A DNA stretch of 38,678 nucleotides. Origin: an uncultured archaeon. Lineage in GTDB: Archaea > Asgardarchaeota > Lokiarchaeia > Helarchaeales > HEL-GB-A. The stretch spans positions 1-38,678 of the forward strand of contig CAYGYC010000002.1 of the NCBI GenBank assembly GCA_964353755.1, in the 5' to 3' direction. This document shows, one piece after another, positions 15,866-24,725 of the stretch (positions within the stretch are counted from its first letter, which is position 1; each line of letters begins with the position of its first letter). Under the pieces are notes generated by a model that worked only from the letters and a program-made list of their open reading frames with translations, was not told where the DNA came from and did no database searches. A program made the translations under genes and the position numbers.

Positions 15866-16340
15866 TCGTTGCCTTTAATAATTCTTTTATCAAAATATAA
15901 TACAGTTTCTCTTTTTGATGCGTATCTATTGCTGTTAGTCCATAAGTTGGCACTTGTAAGACATTCTCAACGCGTTTTGCACTGAAATGACCATCGATAT
16001 CCTGTTTATTAGCTATTGCCACAACACGCGCGTTCTGGTGCGTGTGATTCACCCAATCCACCAACTGCTTAGTTTGCAGAACATTTTGAGGCGATGAATC
16101 CGTTACCACGAAGACTAAAAATGAACCGTTTAAAAATTGATCCCAAAACGGTTGAAATGCCGCTTGTCCTCCTATGTCCCAAAGTTTCACCTCATGTTCC
16201 CCAAATTGTAAACTGGCGAAGTCTAATCCGATGGTCGGCTTGTAATCGAGTGGGGGGACTTTCCCTGATAATAATTTTATCAACGTGGATTTTCCTACTG
16301 ACGGATATCCTAAGAAGGCTACTTTTACGCTTACTCCCAT
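15825..16340 (-). CDS. small GTPase, Arf/Sar-like (Ras superfamily)
   Basis: G1 is GYPSVGKST, switch I is KPTIG, G3 is WDIGGQ followed by AAFQPFW (Arf-type WDxGGQ..RPLW), and G4 is NKQD. The 171-aa protein begins MG. Confidence 0.9.
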   Translation of the reverse strand: MGVSVKVAFLGYPSVGKSTLIKLLSGKVPPLDYKPTIGLDFASLQFGEHEVKLWDIGGQAAFQPFWDQFLNGSFLVFVVTDSSPQNVLQTKQLVDWVNHTHQNARVVAIANKQDIDGHFSAKRVENVLQVPTYGLTAIDTHQKEKLYYILIKELLKATNGEEKDGNDNGSS

Positions 16341-16403
16341 TGTAAATTCATCTCATTCATATGTACTGTTTTTAAAATTAGTAGCCCTAAAAAAAGAATT
16401 AAA

Positions 16404-16428
16404 CCCGAATAATATGGTGATATTCGGG
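16404..16428. promoter_or_regulatory. 8-bp-arm inverted repeat CCCGAATA-n9-TATTCGGG in the divergent GTPase/nrdJ promoter region
   Basis: Read directly from the sequence. A related palindromic CCGAATATTC recurs at 16449-16458. Both lie between TATA-like A/T boxes for the two divergent genes. Confidence 0.35.
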
Positions 16429-16514
16429 ACTCATGCCAATAACACCTACCGAATATTCTAAATTGTAAAAGCGTTATTTGATAAAATAGACTATATTTTT
16501 TTGAAGGGGTTACC

Positions 16515-18344
16515 ATGAAAGTGTTAAGTAAAACGGCAATGGTGGTTTTGGAGCAGCGTTATTTGGCAAGGGATATCCATGGCAACATTATCGAAACGCC
16601 TGAGAAGATGTTTCGACGGGTGGCTAATAATATTGCCGCGGTAGATAAGATATATGGCATATCTCCAAAAGAAATTCAGGATATTGAAGAAAGGTTTTAT
16701 GATTTAATGGTAAATTTGGATTTTCTCCCCAATTCACCGACCTTAATGAATGCCGGTCGTAAATATCAGCAGTTAGCTGCATGTTTTGTATTACCCATTG
16801 AAGATTCTATAGTAAGTATTTTTGATTCACTAAAATATGCCGCAATCATCCATCAAAGTGGGGGAGGGACCGGCTTTTCCTTTTCCAATTTACGGCCCAG
16901 AGGCGATATCGTGAAATCGTCAAATGGGGTGGCTTCTGGTCCTGTGTCGTTCATGAAAATTTATGATGCGTCCTCCGAGCAAATTAAGCAGGGGGGGATG
17001 CGGAGAGGCGCGAATATGGGGATTCTGCGAGTGGATCATCCGGATATTATTGAATTTATCACGATCAAGGATGATCCAACGGTATTAACAAATTTTAATA
17101 TCAGTGTTGCCATTACGGATGCGTTCATGGATGCGATAAAACGGAATGAAGCCTATCCGCTTATAAATCCAAGAAATAGACAAGTAATGCGCAAGGTAGA
17201 GGCGAGGAGAATCTTCGATCTGATGGTGTTAATGGCATGGAAGAATGCGGATCCTGGCGTTATTTTCATTGATTCCATAAATAAAGCAAATCCAACACCT
17301 CATCTCGGCAAAATAGACGCCACCAACCCATGCGGGGAAGTCCCTCTTTTACCGTGGGAAGCCTGTAATTTGGGCTCGATTAATGTGGCAAATTTTGTTC
17401 AGAACGGAGGAATTGATTATCCAAGGCTTGCAAAAACAGTACAAACCGCCGTGCATTTCTTGGATAATGTAATAGATGCAAGTAAATATCCCGTGAAAGA
17501 AATTGATAGGATGGTGAAAGGGAATCGTAAAATAGGTTTAGGCGTGATGGGATTTGCAGATTTACTGATTCAATTGAAGATCACCTATGGATCTGAAAAG
17601 TCTTATGAAATAGCGGATGAATTAATGGATTTTATCGAAAAGGAAGCCTATAAGGCATCAGAAAAGTTAGCCGAAGCGAAAAGGGTGTTCCCTAACTACA
17701 AAGGAAGCATTTATGACGGGAAAACAAAGCTTCGGAATGCGACTTTGACGAGTATTGCCCCCACCGGCACCCTAAGTATTATTGCAGGCTGTTCCAGTAG
17801 TATTGAAACGTTATTTGGGGTGGTCTTTCGCCGGCGAATTCTAGATGGACGAACTTTTTTAGATGTTAATCCCTATTTTGAGAAATTAGCTAAGGAAATG
17901 GGAATTTATAGTACCACGTTAATCGAGAAAATTGCCAATCAGGGATCAATTAGAGATATTCCTGAAATTCCAGAAGAACTTCAAGAAATATGTGTGACGG
18001 CTTTTGAGGTTTCTCCCGAATCTCATGTAAAAATGCAAGCAACTTTTCAAAAACATGTGGATAATGCCGTTTCTAAAACGGTAAATCTTCCTCAGACGGC
18101 AACTATTAAAGATGTTGAAAAAATCTTTTTGCTGGCATATGATCTGGGCTGTAAAGGAATCACGGTTTATAGATATGGGTCAAAAGAAAGCCAAGTTTTA
18201 TCAATTGGAGAAGAAGAAAAAAGTTCAACAGAATTTCACTCAAAAACCAGTGAAAAATGCCCTGTCTGCGGCTCAGAAAATTTAGTTCATCAGGCATCCT
18301 GTAATTTTTGTAAAGATTGCGGATATTCTATTTGTTTATTATAG
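16515..18344 (+). CDS. nrdJ: class II (adenosylcobalamin-dependent) ribonucleotide reductase with C-terminal Cys-rich zinc finger
   Basis: Active-site block [34 protein letters not shown], and C-terminal [26 protein letters not shown]. No ATP-cone and no intein-sized insert. Confidence 0.92.
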   Translation: MKVLSKTAMVVLEQRYLARDIHGNIIETPEKMFRRVANNIAAVDKIYGISPKEIQDIEERFYDLMVNLDFLPNSPTLMNAGRKYQQLAACFVLPIEDSIVSIFDSLKYAAIIHQSGGGTGFSFSNLRPRGDIVKSSNGVASGPVSFMKIYDASSEQIKQGGMRRGANMGILRVDHPDIIEFITIKDDPTVLTNFNISVAITDAFMDAIKRNEAYPLINPRNRQVMRKVEARRIFDLMVLMAWKNADPGVIFIDSINKANPTPHLGKIDATNPCGEVPLLPWEACNLGSINVANFVQNGGIDYPRLAKTVQTAVHFLDNVIDASKYPVKEIDRMVKGNRKIGLGVMGFADLLIQLKITYGSEKSYEIADELMDFIEKEAYKASEKLAEAKRVFPNYKGSIYDGKTKLRNATLTSIAPTGTLSIIAGCSSSIETLFGVVFRRRILDGRTFLDVNPYFEKLAKEMGIYSTTLIEKIANQGSIRDIPEIPEELQEICVTAFEVSPESHVKMQATFQKHVDNAVSKTVNLPQTATIKDVEKIFLLAYDLGCKGITVYRYGSKESQVLSIGEEEKSSTEFHSKTSEKCPVCGSENLVHQASCNFCKDCGYSICLL

Positions 18345-18393
18345 AGAGTACATTTTTAAACAAAGAAAAAAGAGGATAAAACACAGAAATGAA

Positions 18394-18657
18394 ATGAGGT
18401 CCTGTGAATTGGAAAAAAAAGATGAAGAAAAGAAAAAAGGAAAATCGAGGTGCCCAGAGTGTGCGGGTGAACTGAAATATGACAGTTCTGTGCGTAGATA
18501 TGTTTGCACACGCTGTGGTTTAGCTTTAAATACCTTTGAGTTAGATAAAATGCGACAACAGCAGCGTGATAGCATCCGACAAGAAAAAGGAAGAGATTTT
18601 GAGGAAAAAAAGAGAAAACGAGAATATTTAGACTGGTGGCTTAGCGAAAAAGAATAA
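18394..18657 (+). CDS. small zinc-ribbon protein (TFIIB/TFB-type ribbon-like) with Lys/Glu/Arg-rich helical tail
   Basis: CPECAGELKYDSSVRRYVCTRCGLAL resembles the N-terminal Zn ribbon of TFB (CPECGS..l.yD...GE.VC..CGlV). The rest of the protein is charged and low in complexity. Confidence 0.55.
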   Translation: MRSCELEKKDEEKKKGKSRCPECAGELKYDSSVRRYVCTRCGLALNTFELDKMRQQQRDSIRQEKGRDFEEKKRKREYLDWWLSEKE

Positions 18658-18723
18658 CGTAATTAAACATATAAGAAAAAACGAAAAAATAAAAATAAAA
18701 CTATTAATAAATGAGAATATTAG

Positions 18724-19722
18724 TTATAAAAAATCTATCTGAGCTCCTTTATTATTCACATTTGTGAAGAAAATATTTGATTCACACTTATTTTCCAAAA
18801 ACTTTTCGAGTTTTTGTTTCAATTTCTGTGCATTGAGTAAACCCCTAACCAGCGCGAAGGTGGTTGGCCCAAAAGAACTCATTCCCGATCCGTAAGCGCC
18901 ATTTTTCATACAAAATTCAATTAATTCTGGAATTAGTTCATCTTGCAATTCGATTTCAAGTTTTTTAAACCCTACCTTTTGTAATTCATAGATTCCATGT
19001 CCAAAGGTTTCGATCTTCTTGTCCTTCATCGAAGGCAGTAATTTCATCAAGATAATATAACAGATAGTTTTAACATCATCCAATGCGATGGGGCAATTCT
19101 GTTGAAATACCTTGATCTCTTCAGTACCATGTGCGCCCCGTTTTAACTGCGGAAGAGCAATTACAAAATACCAGTCATCTGGAACCGCTTCCCAATAGAT
19201 GATAGGAGCTGGTGGAGCTTTTGAAGCAGAAGAAGGCAGATAAGTTTCCTTCTGTTCGCCTTTCCCGAAAGTATGTCCTCCATCTACAATAAAGCCACCC
19301 TTTTCAAAGGCAGTAAGTCCGATTCGTGAAGTCCCACCCCGCAATGTTATCCGGGCCAGTTCATAGGGCGTCTTTTCGATATGATTTAATAAACACAAGG
19401 CTTTACTGATTGCGAGAGAAAGTTGCGTTTTGGAACCGAGACCGATATGGGCAGGGATATTTGAGGTAATCTGTAATGATACCTCATTTTTCAAATTCAG
19501 CGTTTTTATGATGTTATTAGTTAAATCTTCGATTTCTCCTCTTAAGTAACCCGGAGAATTAAGTATTTGGCATTCATAATGAGTTTTTTGGTCCTTAGCC
19601 TCAATAATAGTATTTGGTTCATTTAGTGCGACTCCTAATCCCCCGTCAATCCGTCCAATATTTCCATTTAAGTCGATTAAGCCAAAATGTAACCGTGATG
19701 GCGTGGTAATTCTGATTCTCAT
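18724..19722 (-). CDS. GHMP-kinase-fold protein, beta-ribofuranosylaminobenzene 5'-phosphate (beta-RFAP) synthase-like
   Basis: N-terminus MRIRITTPSRLHFGLIDLNGNIGRIDGGLGVALNEP matches the MJ1427-type beta-RFAP synthase family as I recall it. A GHMP motif GLGSKTQLSLA is also present. Confidence 0.75.
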   Translation of the reverse strand: MRIRITTPSRLHFGLIDLNGNIGRIDGGLGVALNEPNTIIEAKDQKTHYECQILNSPGYLRGEIEDLTNNIIKTLNLKNEVSLQITSNIPAHIGLGSKTQLSLAISKALCLLNHIEKTPYELARITLRGGTSRIGLTAFEKGGFIVDGGHTFGKGEQKETYLPSSASKAPPAPIIYWEAVPDDWYFVIALPQLKRGAHGTEEIKVFQQNCPIALDDVKTICYIILMKLLPSMKDKKIETFGHGIYELQKVGFKKLEIELQDELIPELIEFCMKNGAYGSGMSSFGPTTFALVRGLLNAQKLKQKLEKFLENKCESNIFFTNVNNKGAQIDFL

Positions 19723-19810
19723 TTTTCCGTTTCTCTCGTTTAAGTACTAACCACAACAACTCAAATGTTAATATTTTAGGTTTATTGTAATTTTTGTTGC
19801 TAAGTTTTAG

Positions 19811-20401
19811 TTATTTGGGGACTTGGTTTAAATAACCATCCGTAATTAATTCATTCGACTGGATAATAGATAATAGAACTGCGCCGGTGACCTCATCGCG
19901 GAGATCATCCCAATATTTTCCGTTTTGGTGATTTATTCCAGGACATCCGTCCCAACCGTTTTGACTGAAATCAATGGTCATTTTTACAGGCGTCGGATTG
20001 TATTCTGATGTTTCCCAGGTGAATGGAAATAAGCGGCACACAATTGGGCGAAATTTATAGATTTTGCAGGATACCTGTTGATCTATTTCACTATAAAAAG
20101 GACAAAGATTCAGTTCATTCTTTTTAAGAATAAAAGCTTCTCCTTCGATTTCAAACGTATTGGAAGAAAACGTTCGTAATTTGTGAATCTTTTTCTTAGT
20201 TAAATAAGTGTCCTTAAATTCTTGGATTGTCGGGATATTCAAGTAGTGTGAAATGGCATGCATTTCCCGATTCGATAGAATGATTTCGTTTAATTTACAA
20301 CATTTTCCACAGCGAATACAAGAATAGCGAGTGTTTTTAACGCGATAAGAAATGAATCGCGGAATATTTTCAAACATATGAAAATGTTCCTGAAGTTTCA
20401 A
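19811..20401 (-). CDS. YkgJ/UPF0153-family cysteine-cluster (CxxCxxCC) protein
   Basis: CIRCGKCCKLN motif plus downstream Cys residues (CPFY, CKIYKFRPIVCRLFP). Lies 12 nt downstream of the subtilase gene. Confidence 0.7.
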   Translation of the reverse strand: MKLQEHFHMFENIPRFISYRVKNTRYSCIRCGKCCKLNEIILSNREMHAISHYLNIPTIQEFKDTYLTKKKIHKLRTFSSNTFEIEGEAFILKKNELNLCPFYSEIDQQVSCKIYKFRPIVCRLFPFTWETSEYNPTPVKMTIDFSQNGWDGCPGINHQNGKYWDDLRDEVTGAVLLSIIQSNELITDGYLNQVPK

Positions 20402-20413
20402 TCGTTAAATTTT

Positions 20414-23400
20414 TTATACTTGTTTCCCAAATTTTTTCAGTTTCTCTAAGAGATCTTTTTGGCGTTCTTGACTATCAAGAATCATTCTAAGTTTGTCTGG
20501 ATCATTTATCTCCGATTTATCTAGTACTTCATCTGTTTCTTTTATGTAGAGATGATATTCACTCATTATATTGGAAACCTCGCGTTTCAGCTTTTCTTTG
20601 TACTCAACAATGGTCATTTGTTTTTTCCACTGGCGCCGGCGGTACAGTAAGATTCCTACAATAATATTGGTAATTATCAAAGCAATCAGCATCCCCAAGA
20701 AATTTTGGAACCAAGTCGCCCATTTTTGGGGTATAGGGGGCTTATCGTCATCAGGAGGTGCTGCATCTTCTAAAACTAATTGCTGAATGCCATAAGAGGA
20801 GGTCTGCGAAGGGCTATTAGCGTAAATAACTAGGTAGTAGGTCCCAGTTTCATTAAGCCATCCATCTAAATATAGGGTATTATACCATCCTCCTTGTACA
20901 TGGAATAAAATCATGTAGAGTAGTCGATTTGAGGGCGTGATAAGGCACGAAAATAAGGTTAAATTGTTAAATAAGTCAAGTCCTTTGTTTGAAGTGATAT
21001 GAATTGAAATTGAAAGATGTTCTCCGATCCTTAATGGCGCTGATTCATTATTTTTATTTATGATTATTGAAATATTGATAGTATCTTTTAGAAGCCAATT
21101 GAGTGAATTATTTAGGAACTGGAAATTGTCAAGCTCCGTAATACACGACGCATTGAATAAACTAGAATCGCCTACGCACAAAATCTTCCCCAAAGTATCA
21201 TTCACGAGGATAGTAGGCTCCCCGTTGTATTGCGTAAACAGAGTTGTTACGGATAAATTCAGAAAAGTAACGAATGTATATAGTCTAATCCGCGTTAGAT
21301 TCCGCGAAATATCATGTTGATTAGGGTTTATAAAAATCTGATCAGTTATTGAATTAAAAGAATTTTTAATCAGAATTCCAAAGCGGTTTAAAATTGAATT
21401 AATGGAATAATGTTCACACTCAGTCTTTGGTTCTAACAAAAAAAACAAACTGCCGCCATTCATCCCAAATTTGATTAAAGTATCGACTTCCGTTTGAGAT
21501 AAATTAACCTCTGGATCACATATTATTACCAAATCATAGTTTGAAATGAAAGAATAATTCTCTTGGAAAGTACTGGTATGATAGGGAAGTTCAAAGGGGA
21601 GAGAAATAACGGTATCCAGTGAAAAATTAGAATACTGTTTTAATAAACCAAAATCATCCACATCGTAATTATTCATTTGACATAAGTTATAGAGATTAAA
21701 ATAGCTGCCATAAATGGTATCTAACCGTTCAGCCCAAATCGTAAATAAATCTTCAATTTGAAGGAGATTCTGAAAGCTGAGGTTCATTGGTTTATAAAAT
21801 AATATACGCCCTGCTGGATATTGGACTGAAAAATTAATCCATACTTCCCCAATATGGAAATTCTCTGCAGTGATATTCACCTTATGATAAAATGATCCAA
21901 TTATTGGAGTTTGAGGCAGAGTGATAATTATTTGGAGACTTCCAAAATTTTGGATCTGTGAAGGTAAGCTATAAGAAATCCAACTGGGAGGAAGGTTTCC
22001 AGCAATTGGTACGACTTGTAAATTATTAAGTGGGTAATTTGTGGTCAGTGAAATATTAAAAATCCCAATATCATTTGGAAAATGAATTAATTGAGGGGCA
22101 AAAGGGATAATTTTCGGGAATAGGGAATGAATTTTGAAGGAATTATCTTTAATGAAGATATTTCGAGCGAAAAAGTTATCCATATAACTTTCTTCTTGGG
22201 ATATTTCTTCGGTAAATCCCATTAGATAGAGAACTAATTCGTTAATGAGCGATTCAGTGCCTGCAAACCAGAAAAGAGAGTAAATATCCACCTCGGTGGG
22301 ATTCCAACTGGCATTTACCCATTTAAATTCAAAGGGTGCTAATCTGCCTAAATGTATCACTTTTGAAAAGAAGGTTTGTGTTTGAGCAGCGGTGGAATTA
22401 ATGATGAACATTCCTAGGCTGTCATTGACCACCACATTTCCCAGATTAATCAGGAGGACATTACTGGTGTAGGGTTGATTTATATTTCCGAGTCGAGAAA
22501 TATTTGAACACAAGAGCGCCAAATTAGTTACATTTTCAGATGAAAACCGATTTTTCATTGCATAAATTGAGTCGTTTATCCCTTGATATGAGCCTCCAAC
22601 ACCAATATATTGAGAAAAGCGAATAAATTTAGAACTATTTAATCTTGAGATTAAATCCCATTGCATCGCTATACTTTTATTTTTGGAAATGGCATCATTA
22701 TTTAATAACGAATTGGCTTGAATTTGGGTTCTAATGCTTTCGCTTGTGTTAATTTCGTGAGCAGATGAAGGAATACAACCAGTATATCCTATGTATGAAG
22801 AATTCCCCTTATTGGAATCATGAACGTAAATAATATCATCAATTGAGTTAAATTCACAAGTATCATTGTTATTCTGATTAGAGAATAAATTCGTGGACCA
22901 TGAACTGAAGACGGTCAAATTATGAAGCGCAGTTGATTCTAAATTAATTAGAGTGAGATTAACACGAAATCCATTGATTGAAGACCAAGCTTCCATAGAA
23001 AAGATACATAAAACTGAATAATCCGTAATAATCGATTGACTTACTGAGAATTCGGAAGTCAAATTATGTAATTCCCGTAAAATATACATGTCAGATAACC
23101 ATTTTACATTATTATTATATTTAATGGCTAACTGACCCTGAATTAGATGCGTAAAATTTTCGTTTCGCCCTGATTCAAGGATTGCTATTAAAGATCCATA
23201 AGAGGTAACAAAAGCAGTTAGATTTTGGTTTCGTACATAACCTAATGAGAATAGGGTAGGCGTATATAATCTTTCTTCAGTTAATGAAGTATTGAGACTA
23301 TTATCAACTAAATAAGAATGCGCCGCCACAATATTCACTAACCCCGCCCCTTGAACATTCGGATTTAGAGTCGAAAGTGAAATTGCAGTCTCTTGAAGGA

Positions 23401-24697
23401 TGATTTTCACTTCTTCAGCTGATAAAAATTTTGAATGCTGTAATAAACTCGCAACTAACCCCGTTACATTGGCTGCCGCTGCACTTGTACTATTAACTAT
23501 CGTATAGAACGTATCCAAAGGTTTTCCATAATTTAAAGCGCCCTGGATAAAGTCACTCACATTAATTGGTAAGTTAGAAGGAATGCTAGGGCGGCAAGAA
23601 ACGATATTCACCCCTGAAGCGAGGAGATCAGGTTTAGTATGAAAGGATAAGGTAGGCCCTCTTCCACTAAATGAGGCTGGTTGATGTGTAAAATCATTGA
23701 AAGCGCCAACGGTAATAGCTACGGGTGCCATACCCGGAGCGCTAATGCTTGAATAGGCAGGGCCCTCATCACCTGCAGCAGTAATCACAATCATTCCCCG
23801 TTTGATCGCAGCAGTTATCGCAAGATTGACTGGATCTTCTGGATAACCTGGCATGGAGAAGCACATGGCAATAATATCTGCCCCATGAACTATAGCATAT
23901 TCAATACCCGAAATGATCCAAGACCATAACCCAATACCTAACTGGCTTAGGACCTTAATGTTCAGAATATCAACTCCCGGCGCAACTCCTTTATAAGTAT
24001 TATTTAATTTTCCATCACCTGTAATGATCCCTGCACAAAATGTCCCATGTCCATGAAAATCTAGCGGGAATGGATCCCCCTCAACCATTGAAATGCCTCC
24101 GAAAGCCAAAATTGAATTATTTAAATCCGGGTGAAAAATATCAACCCCGGTATCTAATAACGCGACAATTACATTAGTTCCATTGTACTTCTCAAGATAA
24201 TTATCAGAGTTTGTGGCGTGCAAGAAATTGGATAGATTTGGAGTAACTATTTCGGAAATCCGGGCCTCATCAGATTGCGTTCCTAGAAAATTTGGAATCG
24301 TAAATTGTTGATCTAACCATATTTTTTCTACTTCTGAAAGACGCGCAATTTTTTCGATTTCTGAAACCGGGGCATAAAAAGCCGCGATAGGAATTAATTG
24401 CCATTCGCGAATAAATCGGATCTCGGGGGATATAGAAGCAATTTTGGGGATTGCATCTTTCATTGCAGTTTTACTGGTAAAGGTAATTATAATTTGCACT
24501 GAATCTAAGATTTTTTCTGAATTCGTTAAAAGAGATTGAAGGTTATAACCTACCTTACTCAGCGTATTATTTAGGCAGTGTCCATTTTGGGGCGTATTAA
24601 TAACCGCACGGGGCACTCCCATTAAAAGTGATGAAAAAATCGCACTAATGAGAATTAGTGAAAATAATTTTTTGTATGGCATCTTATAATAACTCAT
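20414..24697 (-). CDS. very large secreted, C-terminally membrane-anchored subtilisin-like (S8) serine protease rich in N-x-S/T sequons
   Basis: Catalytic triad blocks are VALLDTGVDIFHPDL (Asp), HGHGTFCAGII (His) and NSTSAAAANVTG (Ser). The signal peptide MPYKKLFSLILISAIFSSLLMG follows internal Met 39/44, so I place the start at 24697 (or 24682) rather than 24811, which would overlap the upstream gene. The C-terminal TM is FLGMLIALIITNIIVGILLY, followed by a ~90-aa charged cytoplasmic tail. Confidence 0.88.
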   Translation of the reverse strand: MSYYKMPYKKLFSLILISAIFSSLLMGVPRAVINTPQNGHCLNNTLSKVGYNLQSLLTNSEKILDSVQIIITFTSKTAMKDAIPKIASISPEIRFIREWQLIPIAAFYAPVSEIEKIARLSEVEKIWLDQQFTIPNFLGTQSDEARISEIVTPNLSNFLHATNSDNYLEKYNGTNVIVALLDTGVDIFHPDLNNSILAFGGISMVEGDPFPLDFHGHGTFCAGIITGDGKLNNTYKGVAPGVDILNIKVLSQLGIGLWSWIISGIEYAIVHGADIIAMCFSMPGYPEDPVNLAITAAIKRGMIVITAAGDEGPAYSSISAPGMAPVAITVGAFNDFTHQPASFSGRGPTLSFHTKPDLLASGVNIVSCRPSIPSNLPINVSDFIQGALNYGKPLDTFYTIVNSTSAAAANVTGLVASLLQHSKFLSAEEVKIILQETAISLSTLNPNVQGAGLVNIVAAHSYLVDNSLNTSLTEERLYTPTLFSLGYVRNQNLTAFVTSYGSLIAILESGRNENFTHLIQGQLAIKYNNNVKWLSDMYILRELHNLTSEFSVSQSIITDYSVLCIFSMEAWSSINGFRVNLTLINLESTALHNLTVFSSWSTNLFSNQNNNDTCEFNSIDDIIYVHDSNKGNSSYIGYTGCIPSSAHEINTSESIRTQIQANSLLNNDAISKNKSIAMQWDLISRLNSSKFIRFSQYIGVGGSYQGINDSIYAMKNRFSSENVTNLALLCSNISRLGNINQPYTSNVLLINLGNVVVNDSLGMFIINSTAAQTQTFFSKVIHLGRLAPFEFKWVNASWNPTEVDIYSLFWFAGTESLINELVLYLMGFTEEISQEESYMDNFFARNIFIKDNSFKIHSLFPKIIPFAPQLIHFPNDIGIFNISLTTNYPLNNLQVVPIAGNLPPSWISYSLPSQIQNFGSLQIIITLPQTPIIGSFYHKVNITAENFHIGEVWINFSVQYPAGRILFYKPMNLSFQNLLQIEDLFTIWAERLDTIYGSYFNLYNLCQMNNYDVDDFGLLKQYSNFSLDTVISLPFELPYHTSTFQENYSFISNYDLVIICDPEVNLSQTEVDTLIKFGMNGGSLFFLLEPKTECEHYSINSILNRFGILIKNSFNSITDQIFINPNQHDISRNLTRIRLYTFVTFLNLSVTTLFTQYNGEPTILVNDTLGKILCVGDSSLFNASCITELDNFQFLNNSLNWLLKDTINISIIINKNNESAPLRIGEHLSISIHITSNKGLDLFNNLTLFSCLITPSNRLLYMILFHVQGGWYNTLYLDGWLNETGTYYLVIYANSPSQTSSYGIQQLVLEDAAPPDDDKPPIPQKWATWFQNFLGMLIALIITNIIVGILLYRRRQWKKQMTIVEYKEKLKREVSNIMSEYHLYIKETDEVLDKSEINDPDKLRMILDSQERQKDLLEKLKKFGKQV

Positions 24698-24725
24698 ACT
24701 CCTTATTATAAAAATATGGTTAAAT

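Noticed and set aside
16341-16514. I looked for a cobalamin riboswitch or NrdR box upstream of the B12-dependent nrdJ.
   Set aside because: The whole spacer is 174 nt and is shared with a divergent promoter. The region is AT-rich, has no conserved B12-box-like element that I can see, and lacks the ACACTATATATAGTGT-like NrdR consensus.
16515-18344. I checked nrdJ for an intein or a split gene.
   Set aside because: The 609-aa protein is collinear through the NPCGE active site and C-terminal zinc finger. There is no insert of intein size and no intein block motifs.
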